Below, piece after piece: positions 24,025 through 37,241 of a stretch of DNA of 64,000 bases. Where the stretch lies: assembly GCF_963921235.1 (NCBI RefSeq), contig NC_086098.1, forward strand, positions 5,208,001-5,272,000. Reading direction: 5' to 3'. A model generated the notes under the pieces. The model saw only the letters and a list, made by a program, of their open reading frames with translations. It had not been told where the DNA came from and ran no database searches. Both the position numbers and the translations under genes were made by a program. The DNA is from Mobula hypostoma (lineage: Eukaryota). Position 1 is the stretch's first letter. Each line of letters opens with the position of its first letter.

Positions 24025-25064
24025 TCAATTTTACATACATCTGCTCTAACCCAATCCCCCAACCACCCTACCAGGGATAAGGTTCCTCTTGTCCTCTCCT
24101 ACCACCAGCTTCCGCATCCAGCACGTAATTCTCCAAAACTTCCGCCATATCCAACAGGACCCACCACCAAGCATATCTCCCCCCTCTCCCCTCCCCACTT
24201 TCTGCTTTCCCCAGGGATTGCTCCCTACGCGACTCCTTTGGCCATTCGTTCCTCCCCACTGATCTCCCTCCTGGCATCTATCCTTGCAAGCAGAACAAGT
24301 GCTACACCTGCCCCTACATCTCCTCCCTTACTACCACTCAGGGCCCCAAACAGTCCTTCCAGGTGAGGTGACACTTCACCTGTGGGTCTGTTGGGGTTGT
24401 ATACTGTGTCTGGGTGTGACCCTGTGTTTATCAGTGAGACCTGACATAGATTGGGAGACCGCTTCGCTGTGTACCTATGCTTTGTCCACGAGAAAAAACG
24501 GGATCTCCCAGTGGCCACCCATTTTAATTCCATTTCCCATTCCTACTCCGATACTCTATCCATGGTCTCCTCCACTGTAGTGATGAGGCCACACACAGGT
24601 TGGAGGAATAACACCTTATAATCTGTCTGGGTAGCCTCCAACCTGATGGCATGAACATTAATTTCTCGAACTTCCAGAAATGTCTCCCCCTTCACTCTCC
24701 TTCAGCATTCCGCATCCCCTTTCCCTTCCCTCACCTTATCTCTTTGCCTGCCCATCACCTCCCTTTGGTGCTCCTCCCTCCTCTTCTTTCTTCCAAGGCC
24801 TTCTGTGTCTTTCACCAATCAACTTCCCAGCTCTTTACTTCATCCCTCCGCCTTCTGGTTTCATTTATCACCTTGTGCTTCTCTCTCCCCTTCCCCCACC
24901 TTTTAAATTTACTCCTTAGCTTTTCGTCACCTATCCTGTCGATGGCTATCGGCCTGAAACATCAACAATATTCTTTTCCATCAATGCTGCTTGGCCTGCT
25001 GAGATCCTCCAGCAGTATGTGTGTGTAGTTTGGATTTCCAGCACCTGCAGATTTTCTCTTGTTT
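24025..25064 (+). mobile_element. Penelope-like element 3' part (GIY-YIG endonuclease remnant and terminal repeat), inserted in a minus-strand CR1 ORF2 remnant (about 23880-25690)
   Basis: YPCK..KCYTCP, HFTC.SVGVVYC, ISET..RLGDRFA, LEE.HL..LGSLQPDGMNI; degenerate CTGTCGA..GAAACATC at 24936-24963. Confidence 0.8.
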
Positions 25065-25283
25065 GAGTCGGCTAGTCCCTTTTCGTTTGTAATAACAATG
25101 GCACTCACTCTTGCTCCCTGACACTTATGGACCTCTGACACACTGCTGCAGTGAAGACTGATGCAAAGTACCCTTAAGTTCACCCATTACTATCTCACCA
25201 GCATCATTTTCCAGTGGTCTAATATCAACTCTTACCTCCCTTTTATTCTTCATTTAACTGAAAAAGAACTTCTGGTATCCTGC

Positions 25284-25454
25284 AAGCACCAGGAAATTTG
25301 CAGATGCTGGAAATTCAAGCAACACACACAAAATGCTGGTGAACGTAGCAGGCCAAGCAGCATCCATAGGAAGAGGTACAGTCGATGTTTCAGGCCAAGA
25401 CCCAGATGCTGCCTCACCTGCTGCGTTCCATCAGCATTTTGTGTCTGTTGCTTT
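25284..25454. mobile_element. Short fold-back Penelope-like terminal insertion
   Basis: Imperfect inverted arms (gcaacacacacaaaatgctg... / ...cagcattttgtgtctgttgc); 11-bp TSD tggtatcctgc 25273-25283/25455-25465. Confidence 0.75.
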
Positions 25455-25689
25455 TGGTATCCTGCTTTATATTATTGGCTAGTTTGCCCTCATATTTCAT
25501 CTTTTCCCTTCGTATAGTTTATTTAGTTAACTTTTGTCGGATTTTAAAAACTTCCCTATCATCCAACTTCCCACTCACTTTTGCTACCTTATATGCCCTT
25601 TCCTTGGCTTTATGTAATTTCCCTCGTCAGTCACGGTTGCCTACCCCTGCCATTTGAGAACTACTTCTGTGGGTCATATCTATCCTGTC

Positions 25690-26115
25690 ACTGGAAAGCA
25701 GCATCCATCATCAGGGACCCCCACCACCCAGGTCATGCTCTCTTCTCACTGTTGCTATTAGGTAAAAGGTACAAGAGCCTCAGGACTCGTACCACCAGAT
25801 TCAAGAACAGTTACTACCCCTTAACCATCAGGCTCTTGAATAAAAGGGGATAATTACACTCATTTTCCCCATCATTGAAATGTTCACACAACCAATGATT
25901 TCACTTTAAGAATCTTATTATCTCATGTTCTCATTATTTATTGCCATTTGTTTATTTTTGCATTCACACAGTTTGTTACACTCTGGCTGATCTTGCATTG
26001 ATCCTGTTATAGTTAGTATTCTGCAGATTTGCAGTGAATGCCCAAAAGAAAATGAATCTCAGGGTTGTATACGGTTACGTATATATGTACTTTGATAATA
26101 ACATTTATTTGAACT
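25690..26115 (+). mobile_element. Rex1/Babar-like 3' end
   Basis: KAASIIRDPHHPGHALFSLL..KRYKSLRTRTTRFKNSYYP plus tail tactttgataataa. Confidence 0.7.
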
Positions 26116-26799
26116 TTATACATTTGATAAATAAATCTGAACCTCTGATTCCTCGCTGTCCAGCATTAGTCATATTTCTTCCGCTCTAAATACCTATCAA
26201 AGCCCTTCCCCTATACACCAGGTACTTCAGCATCATGCACTCAATAGGACACTGCACTCTTGTGCCCTTCAGAATTGCTACTTGGTCCAAGGCCAACACT
26301 GTATTACTCATTTCTATATTTATTTGAATTTCAAAAGGGTCCTCCCTCAAGTTATTAGGTACTATTCAAGAATTAAAATTAACCTTAGCAAATTCTACCT
26401 ACACAGTTAATTTTTCAAATGGCATACTTGGGCTTAGGTTACATAAATCCCTTTCAGGGCTGACATTTAACTTCAATGTTATTTTAGAGTCTACCAATAG
26501 ATTGAAACAGTCATCAATTTTTGTTAAGATTTCCACTTCAGCGCATCTGGTTTTACAATATAGGATCAAACTAACGGCTGGCATAAACCTTGTGCTTCGC
26601 CTATTTAAGTGTTTTGTTCATATGTCAATAAAGTATGTTTAGTGGATCAATTTCAATAAAACTTCAAATTGGAGATCCTCTCCTATCTAAACCAGTGAGA
26701 ACTCCGACCAAGAATTCAGGAACATCAAAAATGCCTGATTTGATGCAGAATTCCATGGGATCTCAGCACAGAAGTGATGTTCTGGACACCACTTGGGGC

Positions 26800-26990
26800 A
26801 TTGGAGTTAAGAGCTCAATCCCAGGGTCCTTTGTAAGGAGCCTGCACATCATCCCGCTGAAATGTGTCAGTTTCCTCCCCAAGTCCAAAGACATACTGGT
26901 TAATAGGTTAATTGATCATTGGAGACCTTTCTGTGATGAGGTCAGGGTTAAATCAGGGGTTGCTGGACTGAAACACAATGGCTTTTATTG
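26800..26990 (+). mobile_element. Degenerate V-SINE/HE1-like SINE
   Basis: gtttcctccccaagtccaaagacatactggttaataggttaattg. Confidence 0.55.
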
Positions 26991-27724
26991 GGCCAACGAA
27001 AGATTTATTTTTAAAACTTAGTTTTAATGATCGCAAGACCATGCTGGACATTAAAAACTTAAAAGTACTGCAGGTCTACCGCATCAGCGAGTTGCTTGTT
27101 GGTGGAGAAACTGAAGGAGCTGGATGGTGCAGATCACACCATTGCCTGCCTACGTTGGAGAGTTGGACTCAGTGCACAAAAGTGGTGTGCAGTCTAACAG
27201 CAAGCGATGTTCACTTTTTATGTGATCACAAGATCCTGCTGAACACAGTCAATGTGGAATGCTGTAAGTCCAATTCGCTGATTTGTTGGCGAACGGCTGG
27301 GCTGGATGATAGGGGGAGGTGTGTGGCCTGAGTCGTGGCGAGGGCTCGTCCTCAAGCCGCAGTATTGCTTGTTTGCAGGCGCCTATGGGGGAGGCGTTGG
27401 AGTCGGTGCGCTCCACCAGAGAGTGACTGCGGTGTACATATTGGAGTTAGTGCTGCCCTCTGGTGTTTGCTTGGCAGAAGACAAGCTATATTGTGTTCGA
27501 ATGGAGACTGCTGCAATATTTTAAAGAGAGAGGGTGAGCAGCCAGATGTCTTGGTACATAACAGTACTAATGATATAGGAAGTAAAAGCAATGAGCTCCT
27601 GAAGACAGAATTTAGACAGCTAGGCAGAAAGCTGAGAAGCAGGATCTCACAGATAGTAATTTCTGGATTTCTGCCTATGCCACTTGCCATTGAGGGTAGA
27701 AACAGGACAATTTGGCAAATTAAT

Positions 27725-28943
27725 AGAAACTTAGAAAACCTACAGCACAATACAGGCCCTTCAGCCCACAGAGTTGTGCCGAACATGTCCTTACCTGAGA
27801 AATTACCTTGGGTTATCCATAGCCCTCTATTTTTCTGAGCTCCATATACCTGGCCAGGAGTCTCTTAAAAGACCCTATCGTTTCCACCTCCACCACCCTT
27901 GCTGGCAGCCCATTCCATGCACTCACCACTCTCTGCATAAAAAACTTACCCTTGATATCTCCTCTGTACTTACTTCCAAGCACCTTAAAACTGTGCCCTC
28001 TCGTGCTAGCCATTTCAGCCCTGGGGAAAAGCCTCTGACTATCCACACAATCAATGCCTCTCATCATCTTATACACCTCTATCGGGTCACCTCACATCCT
28101 CCGTCGCTCCAAGGAGAAAAGGCCGAGTTCACTCAACCTATTCTCATAAGGCATGCTCCCCAATCCAGGCAATATCCTTGTAAATCTCCTCTGCACCCTT
28201 TCTATGATTTCCACATCCTTCCTGTAGTGAGGCGACCAGAACTGAGCACAGTACTCCAAGTGGGGTCTGACCAGGGTCCTATATAGCTGCAAATTACCTC
28301 TCAGCTCCTAAACTCAATCCCACGATTGATGAAGGCCAATGCACCATATGCTTTCTTAACCATAGAGCCAACCTGCGCAGCTGCTTTGAGCGTCCTATGG
28401 ACTCGGACCCCAAGATCCCTCTGATCCTCCACACTGCCAAGAGTCTTACCATTAATACTATATTCTGCCATCATATTTGACCTATCAAAATGTACAACTT
28501 CACACTTATCTGGGTTGAACTCCATCTGCCACTTCTCAGCCCAGTTTTGCATCCTATCAATGTCCCGCTGTAACCTCTGACAGCCCTCCACACTATCCAC
28601 AACACCTCCAACCTTTGTGTCATCAGCAAACTTACTAACCCATCCCTCCACTTCCTCATCCAGGTCATTTATAAAACTCACGAAGAGTGAAGGCCCCAGA
28701 ACAGATCCCTGGATCATGGAGGTCACTAACCTCCATGCAGAATATGACCCATCTACAACCACTCTTTGCCTTCTGCGGGATCCACAAAGCAAGATCCCCT
28801 TGGATCCCATGCCTCCTTACTTTCTCAATAAGCCTAGCATGGGTTACCTTATCAAATGCCTTGCTGAAATCCATATACATTACATCTACTGCTCTTCCTG
28901 CTTCAATGTGTCTTAGCATTAATACTATATTCTGCCATCGTAT
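27725..28943 (-). mobile_element. 5'-truncated CR1 (RT and 3' tail)
   Basis: [30 protein letters not shown]; tail ttttctaagtttctat; probable TSD ttaat. Confidence 0.85.
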
Positions 28944-29371
28944 TTAATGTGTGGTTGAAAAGCTCATGCAGGGGTTCTAAGTTCTTGGGATCTCTTCTGC
29001 GGAAGGTATGATCTAGTCAAAAGTGACAGGTTGTAACTGAACCAGAAGGGAATGACTATTCTTGTGGGCAAGTTTGGTAGAGCTGTTGGGGAGGGTTTAA
29101 GTGAATTTGGCAGGGAGGTGGGAACCAGAGTGAAGGGACTCAGGATAGGATGGATAGTTAAAAAAAAGCAGGTGTAGTGTGCAGTCAGACTGTTAGGAAG
29201 GGCAGGCGGATGAAAGGATATAATTGCAGCCAGCAGGGTGAGTATCAGAGCATCAGAGATGCAGAATCAGAAAGGATAGCAAATACAGTACTCAAAGTAT
29301 TATATCTCAATGCACGAGGTATAAGAAATAAGGTGGATGATCTTGTTGCACTATTACAGATAGTCAGATAT

Positions 29372-29750
29372 GATAGTCATAGTCATACTTTATTAATCCC
29401 TGGAGAAATTGGTTTTCTTTACAGTTGCTCCATAAATAATAAACAATAATAGAACCATAAATAGTTAAATAGTAATATGTAAATTATGCCAGTAAATTAT
29501 GAAATAAGTCCAGGACCAGCCTATTGGCTCAGGGTGTCTGACCCTCCAAGGGAGGAGTTGTAAAGTTTGATGGCCACAGGCAGGAATGACTTCCTATGAT
29601 GCTCTGTGTTGCATCTCGGTGGAATGAGTCTCTGGCTGAATGTACTCCTGTGCACAACCAGTACATTATGTAGTGGATGGGAGACATTGTCCAAGATGGC
29701 ATGCAACTTGGACAGCATCTTCTTTTCAGACACCACCGTCAGAGAATTGT
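29372..29750 (-). mobile_element. Rex1/Babar-like 3' end
   Basis: LHAILDNVSHPLH...RKSFLPVAIKLYNSS; tail aataaagtatgactatgactat. Confidence 0.7.
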
Positions 29751-30119
29751 GTTGTGATGTTGTGGTCATCACTGAATTGTAGCTGAAGGATGGTTATAGT
29801 TGGGAGCTAAATGTCCAAGGTTGTATTGGAGGGATACAAAGGTAGGCAGAAAAGGTGGCTTGACTCTGCTGGTAAAGAATGGCTTCAAATGGTAGAAAGA
29901 TGTGACACTGGATCTTCAGATGTTAAATCCTTTTGGGTTGAGTTGAGAAACTGCAAGGTAAGAGGACCCTGATGGCAGTTATATACAGGCCTCCAACAGT
30001 AGCTGGGATGTGGACCACAGATTACAACAGGAAATAGAAAAGGCGTGTCAAAAGGGCAATATTATGACAGTTATGGGAGATTTCAACATGCAGGTTGATT
30101 GGGAAATTCAGGTTGGTAA

Positions 30120-32627
30120 ATTAAACTACAAAGTTTAAATTTTTCAAGATTAAAAATATTGCGGAATGGAACCAAATTTGTAAAGAATACTTAATCACAG
30201 GATATAGGTTTAAATTAACAACATTAGCTAATTGCATAGGTAAAGCAGCTCCCAATAACGAGGTTAAATAAAACTGTTTTACAACTTTCAGTTCCAGGTC
30301 TACCCAAATTGGCCGATCACTCTTATCAACCCAGGATAACCAAAAAGACATGTATCGCACATTAACAGCCCAATAATACATTCTTAGATTAGGCAAAGCA
30401 AGACCTCCATCCTGTTTCAATTTTTGTAAATGACATTTACTACGCCTTTTTAAAGCCTACTTTGAGTGATCCAATGTTTCTACTTTGGAAAAATAAAGGT
30501 ATTAATTCTTTTTTGGATTTACTTAAAGAAGATAGATTGATGTCTTTTGAACAATTAATTGATAAATATTCTCTTTCATACTCACACATCCAGTTGTTTA
30601 CAATATATATTAATGACATGGATGAGGGAATTAAATGCAGCATCTCCAAGTTTGCGGATGACACGAAGCTGGGTGGCAGTGTTAGCTGTGAGGAGGATGC
30701 TAAGGGGATGCAGGGTGACTTGGATAGGTTGGGTGAGTGGGCAAATTCATGGCAGATGCAATTTAATGTGGATAAATGTGAAGTTATCCACTTTGGTGGC
30801 AAAAATAGGAAAACAGATTATTATCTGAATAGTGGCCGATTAGGAAAAGGGGAGGTGCAACGAGACCTGGGTGTCATTATACACCAGTCATTGAAAGTGG
30901 GCATGCAGGTACAGCAGGCGGTGAAAAAGGCGAATGGTATGCTGGCATTTATAGCGAGAGGATTCGAGTACAGGAGCAGGGAGGTACTACTGCAGTTGTA
31001 CAAGGCCTTGGTGAGACCACACCTGGAGTATTGTGTGCAGTTTTGGTCCCCTAATCTGAGGAAAGACATCTTTGCCATAGAGGGAGTACAAAGAAGGTTC
31101 ACCAGATTGATTCCTGGGTTGGCAGGACTTTCATATGAAGAAAGACTGGATGAACTGGGCTTGTACTCGTTGGAATTTAGAAGATTGAGGGGGGATCTGA
31201 TTGAAACGTATAAGATCCTAAAGGGATTGGACGGGCTAGATGCAGGAAGATTGTTCCCGATGTTGGGGAAGTCCAGAACGAGGGGTCACAGTTTGAGGAT
31301 AAAGGGGAAGCCTTTTAGGACCAAGATTAGGAAAAACTTCTTCACACAGAGAGTGGTGAATCTGTGGAATTCTCTGCCACAGGAAACAGTTGAGGCCAGT
31401 TCATTGGCTATATTTAAGAGGGAGTTAGATATGGCCCTTGTGGCCATGGGGATCAGGGGGTATGGAGGGAAGGCTGGGGCGGGGTTCTGAGTTGGATGAT
31501 CAACCATGATCATAATAAATGGCGGTGCAGGCTCGAAGGGCCGAATGGCCTACTCCTGCATCTATTTTCTATGTTTCTATTCTGCAATACCTTCAAGTTA
31601 GACATTTTTTACAAAAATATTTAAGTAATTTTCCTTACATATTGGAGGCTGACCTGTTAGATACTATTATGAGTATGAATCCTTCGATCAAGGGTTCTAT
31701 TGGAAGAATTTATAATGTATTATTACAATGGGATAAGTGTCCTTTATCTAAGATTAAACAGGATTGGGAAAAGAAACTTAATTTGACTTTTATGATGGAG
31801 GATTGGATGCGGATTTTCAAGTTGGTTAACTCTTCTTCAATTTGTGCTAGCCATTAATTGATTCAATTTAAAATTGTACATTGTTATCATTTGATGAAGG
31901 AGAGACTTTCTAAAATCTTTCCTAATGTTGATAGTCATTGTGATAGATGTAAAACTGAGATAGCTACACTGACACAGATGTTTTGGTCTTGTTCTATATT
32001 GGAACAGTCCGAGAAGTCGGTTTTTTCAACAATTTCTAAAGCACTTAAAATTAATCTACAACCTGATAAATTAATTGTGCTTTTTGGAATAATTCCTCAA
32101 AATATTCATGGTATTTCTGTGTCTGACCAACATGCTATTGCATTTGTTACATTGATAGCTAGAAGGGCCATTTTGTTGAAGTGGAAGGACACATCAGCTC
32201 CCACTTTGTCACGATGGTTCTCTCAAGTGATGTTATGTCTTAGTTTGGAGAAAATTAGAAGTCGGACCTTTGAATCTTTATTTGATTTTGAGAAAAGATG
32301 GGGCTCATTTGCTCGTTATTATCATTTGAGCTAATTGATAGTATTTTTCCATGATCTAATTGTAAATTTTTTAGTATATTTTCTTTTCTTGCTGGCGGTT
32401 TGATGTTTATTTTTAAAAGCTTTTTGTATGACGCATGACTCAGGGGTTGTACACCTAATGGGTTCTTTTTTTTTCTCACTTTTCTGCTTAGTAGGTTTTT
32501 TCTCGTTATCACAAAATTTTTTTTCAAACTTTAAGATGTCTTTTTTGAGACATTGTAAGTGTTGTTACTTCAATGTACTCACGTTATTTTTTTTGTATAA
32601 CAATAAAAAGATTTGAAAAGAAAGAAA
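30120..32627 (+). mobile_element. 5'-truncated L1 with inverted 5' segment (30120 to about 30440), interrupted by a CR1
   Basis: DGGLALPN on the minus strand, then collinear ORF2 C-terminus (CDRC..MFWSC) on plus; AATAAA plus gaaaagaaagaaa tail; 18-bp TSD ggaaattcaggttggtaa 30102-30119/32628-32645. Confidence 0.9.
30590..31580 (+). mobile_element. Young 5'-truncated CR1 (same family as 2451-5615) nested in the L1
   Basis: Near-identical to 4611-5600; removing it restores the L1 reading LSYSHILQYLQVR. Confidence 0.92.
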
Positions 32628-35366
32628 GGAAATTCAGGTTGGTAATGGACCTCAAGAGAGTGAGTTTGTTGAATGGCTATGAGATGGTTTTTTTAAAGCA
32701 ATCTGTTGTTGAGCCTACTCGGGGATCAGTTATACTGGATTGGATGTTATGTAATGAACTGCAAGTGATTAGGGAGCTTAAGGTAAAAGGACCCTTAGGA
32801 GGCAGTGATTACAATATGATTGAGTTCAAATTGAAATTTCATAGGGAGAAAGTAAAGTCTGATGTAACAATTTTCAGTGGAGTAAAGGAAATTATAGTGG
32901 TATGGGAGAAGAACTGGCCAAAGTAAATTGGAAGGAGATGCTGGCAGGGTTGCCATCAGAGTAGCAATGGTTTGAGTTTCTGGGAAAAATGAGGAAAGTG
33001 CAGGACAGATGTATTCCAAGAACAAAGAAATACTCAAATGGAAAACTGTGTTTGACAAGGGAAGTCAAAGCTGATGTAAAAGCAAAAGAGAGGGCATACA
33101 ACACAACAAAAAGTAGGTGGAAGACAAAGGATTAGGAAGCTTTTACAAATTTACAGAGAACAACAAAAAGAGTCATTAGGAGGGAAAAGATGAAACATGA
33201 AAGCAAGCTTGCAAACAATACCATAATGGATAGTATAATTTTCTTCCAAGGATGTAAAAAATAGAGATGAGAGCAGATACAGGACTGCTAGAAAACAAGG
33301 CTGGAGAAATAATAATGGGGGACAAGGAGATGGCAGATGAACTAAATGAGTATTTTGCATCAGTCTTCACTGTGGAAAACACTAGCAGTGTGCCAGATGT
33401 TGAAGGATGTGAGGGAAGAGAAATGAGTGCAGTAATTTTTACAAGGGAGAAGGTGCTCAAAGAACTGAAAGACCTAAGGGTACGTAAGTCACCTGGACCA
33501 GATGATCTGCACCCTAGTGTTCTGAAGGAGGTAGTGGTAGAGCTTGTGGAGGCATTAGTAATAATCTTTCAAAAATCATTGGATTCTGGCATAGTGCCAG
33601 AGGACCAGGAAACTGCAAATGTCACTCCACTTTTTAAGAAAGGAGGAAGGCAGCAGAAAGGAAATTATAGGCCAGTTAGCCTGACCTCAGTGGTTGGGAA
33701 GATGTTGGAGAAAATCATTAAGGGTGAGCTTATGGCGTACTTAGGACAAGATAGGACAAAGTCAACATGGTATCCTGAAGGGTAGGATAGATAAAGGGGA
33801 TGCAGTGGATGTTGTATATTTGGACTTTCAGAAAGCTTTTGACAAGGTGCCACATGAAGCTGTTTACCAAGTTAAGAGTGCATGGTATTACAGGAAGGTT
33901 ACTGGCATGATTAGAGCACTGACTGATTGGTAGGAGGTGTGTGGGAATAAAAGGATCCTTTTCTGGTTGGCTGCCAGTGACTACTGATCTTCCACAGAGG
34001 TCGGTGCTGGGAAAGCTCCTTTTAATGCTGTGTATCAATGATTTAGATGATGGAATAAAGGGCTTTTTTGCTAAGTTTACAGATGATACGAAGATTGGTA
34101 ATGTTGAGGAAACAGGTAGGCTGCAGAAGGACTTTGACAGACTAGGAGAATGGGCAAGAGAGCGACAAATGACATACAATGTTGAAAAATGCATGGTCAT
34201 GCACTTCGGCAGTATAAATAAATGTGCAGACTATTTTCTAAATGGGGAGAAAATTCAAAAAAAAATGAGATGCAAAGGGACTTGGGAAGTTCTTGTGCAG
34301 AACACCCTAAAGGTTATCTTGCAGGTAGAGTCAGTGGTGAGGAAGGCAAAGTTATCATTCATTTCAGGTTTACTAGGATATGATACTGAGGCTGTATAAG
34401 GCAATGGTGAGGCCTCACCTTGAGTATCAGGAACATTTTTGTGCTCCTAATCTAAGATGTGCTAGCATTGGAGAGGGTTCAGAGGAAGTTCACAAGGACG
34501 ATCCAGGAATGAAAGGGTCAGCATACAAGGAACGTTTGATAGCTCTGGCTCTGTACTTGCTGGAATTCAGAAGGATAAAGGGGAAACCTTTCCAATGCTG
34601 AAAGGCCTGGACAGATTAGATGGGGAAAGGATGTTTCCCATGGTGGGGGAATCTAGGACAAGAGGGCCTAGCCTCAGGAGAGAGGGGTTGTCCATTTAAA
34701 ACAGAGGTGCAGAGAAATTTCTTTTGCCAGAGGGTAGTGAACTTATGGAAACTGTGGCAGCTGTGCAGGCCAGGTTGTTGGGTGTATTGAAGGCAGAGGT
34801 TGATAGGTTCTTGTTTGGACATGGCATCAAAGGTTACAGGGAGTGGGGATAAGGAGGGGATAAAAGAATCAGCCATGATTGAATAGCGGAGCAGACCTGA
34901 CAGGCCAAATGGACTAATTCTGCTCTTATGTCTTATGGTCTTAATATTCATGATCTCAGGGATCTGGATTTTTTTTTGTATCTTAATGCCATCTTACATG
35001 TGCTCTCGGTGCCTTGTGCTGTGTGTGACTGTTGGCACTATGCTTTGCACCTTGGGCATGAAGTAACGCTGTTACGCTTAGCTGTATTCATGGGTATTCA
35101 TGAGTGGTTGAATGACAATTAAATTTGAACTTGGCCCAAAGGCCATTTGCCATGCTCTCTCTCTCTCTCTCTCCAAATAAACAAACATAAATATCCAGGG
35201 AAGTCACAAGGTTGGTGACTCACACCTTCTAAATAAAAATATTGTTCTATTCCGACAGATACAGCTATAATTGACGGTTGGTAGATTAGATGATCTGGCT
35301 CATTATTCAGTGAGTGATGTTCTTGGCAAAGCATTTGGCTCTTTGCTTCCTCTTCAATAAACAAAT

Positions 35367-35640
35367 TAGAACATAGAAACATAGAAAACCTACAGCACAA
35401 TACAGGCTCTTCGACTCATAAAACTGCCCTGAACTAGGCTTACCCATAGCCCTCTATTTTTCTAAGCACCACGTATCCATCCAGGAGTCTCTTAAAAGAC
35501 CCTATCGTTTCCGCCTCCACCACCGCCACCGACAGCCCATTCCATGCACTCACCACTCTCTGCATAAAAAAACTTATCCCTGACATCTCCTCTGTACCTA
35601 CTTCCAATCACCTTAAAACTATGCACTCTCGTGCTAGCAT
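35367..35640 (-). mobile_element. CR1 3' end
   Basis: tagaacatagaaacatagaaaacctacagcac tail; same family as 27725. Confidence 0.8.
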
Positions 35641-36071
35641 TTCAAGCAGTTTTAGCTATATCTGAAGCAGTGCTATACATACAAGTTCAAGTTTATTGTC
35701 ATATTGTTTATAAAACTAAACAAAACACTGCTTCCCCGGATCACAGTGCACCCATAAAACATCTATTGCACACAGAACATAAAATAAATTATTATTAAAG
35801 TTAATAAAATGAAGAAAAATGACACAACTGTGGCTAACAACAGAAGTCAAAGCCAAAATAAAAGTCAGAGAATGCACATAATAGAGCAAAAATTATTGGG
35901 AAGTTAGAGGATTGGGAAGCTTATAAATTCCAACAGAAAGCAACTAAAGAAATCGGTAAGGTGGAGTACAGAAGTAAGCTAGCCAATAATATTAAAGGAG
36001 ATACCAAAAGTTTCTTCAGATATGTAAAGTGTAAAAGAGAGGTGAGAGCTGGAAAATTATGCTGGAAAGGT

Positions 36072-36690
36072 ACTTATACTTTATTGTCGCCAAACAACTG
36101 ATACTAGAACGTACAATCATCACAGCGATATTTGATTCTGCGCTTCCCGCTCCCTGGATTACAAATTGATAGTAAATATTAAAAATTGAAATTATGAATC
36201 ATAAATAGAAAATAGAAAAATGGAAAGTAAGGTAGTTCAAAAAAATCCGAGAGGCAGGTCCGGATATTTGGAGGGTACGGCCCAGATCCGGGTCAGGATC
36301 CGTTCAGCAGTCTTATCACAGTTGGAAAGAAGCTGTTCCCAAATCTGGCTGTACGAGTCTTCAAGTTCCTGAGCCTTCTCCCGGAGGGAAGAGGAACGAA
36401 AAGTGTGTTGGCTAGGTGGGTTGTGCTTGATTATCCTGGCAGCACTGCTCCGACAGCATGCAGTGTAAAGTGAGTCCAAGGACGGAAGATTGGTTTGTGT
36501 GATGTGCTGCACCATGTTCACGATGTTACCCAGTCTGGCAGCTCTAGTCCTGATGGGAGTGGGTGAAAAAGATTGTGGGATGGGTGGTAGGAATCTTCAA
36601 CAACGCTTTGAGCCTTTCGGCTGCAACGTGCTTGGTAAACGTCACAATGGGGGAGGGAGACCCCGGAGATCCTTTCGGTGCCTTTTACTA
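36072..36690 (-). mobile_element. Rex1/Babar-like 3' fragments inside a CR1 remnant
   Basis: VQHITQTNLPSLDSLYTACCRSSAARII; tail acaataaagtataagtac. Confidence 0.6.
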
Positions 36691-37162
36691 TTACATATTT
36701 AATAGCAAATATTTATAATGATTTCCAGAGGATCTTGCCCGTACGGATTCAAAATGGACTTGCTCATAGAAGAGAGGGTAGTTGTAGATGTAATGCATTC
36801 TGCCTGGAGGTGGGTGACCAATGGAGTTTCAAAGGAGTCTGTTCTGGGACCCCTGCTCTTTGTGATTTTCATAAATGACAAGTCAAATGGTTCGCAGATG
36901 ACACCAAAGTTAGTGGTGCTGTGATAGTGTAGAAGGTTGACGAGGGATATAGCCAGAGTGCATTGCCACAGACTTTTTCCCTAATATGAGGAGGCATTAT
37001 TTTAAGGTGACTGAAGGAAAGTGTAGGAGGATGTCAGAGGTATTTTCTGTTCTTTTAAACACAGTGGTGTGGAACACAATGCCAGAGGTGGTGGAGCAGG
37101 CAGACACATTAGGAAAATTTAAGAAACACATGGATAAAAGAAAAACAGAGGAAGTGCTAGAT

Positions 37163-37241
37163 CAGGGGTTCCAACCTTTTTTATGCCATGGAACTTTACC
37201 ATTAACCAAGGGGTTTGTGGACCCCAAGCTGGGAACCCCTG
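37163..37241. mobile_element. 79-bp hAT (Charlie-like) MITE
   Basis: TIRs caggggttcc...ggaacccctg; imperfect 8-bp TSD tgctagat/tattagat. Confidence 0.7.

Larger units (their letters stand above)
27521..34942 (+). mobile_element. Old CR1 (esterase through 3' tail) hosting several nested insertions
   Basis: STNDIG, NARGIRNK, NYRPVSL, FTDDTK remnants; TSD aatatt 27515-27520/34943-34948. Confidence 0.8.
27000..35132 (+). repeat. Unclassified repeat split into 27000-27520 and 34943-35132 by a CR1 insertion; uninterrupted copy at about 60640-61310
   Basis: Both halves align end-to-end with the 60.7-61.3 kb copy (ctgctgcaat|..ctcaggg); tail gaatgacaattaaa(t/c)tt(g/c)aac. Confidence 0.65.

Noticed and set aside
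30462..31490. 342-aa ORF that could look like a novel chimeric gene
   Set aside because: Chance in-frame junction of an L1 ORF2 fragment with a nested 5'-truncated CR1 RT; TTG start, no promoter or splice evidence
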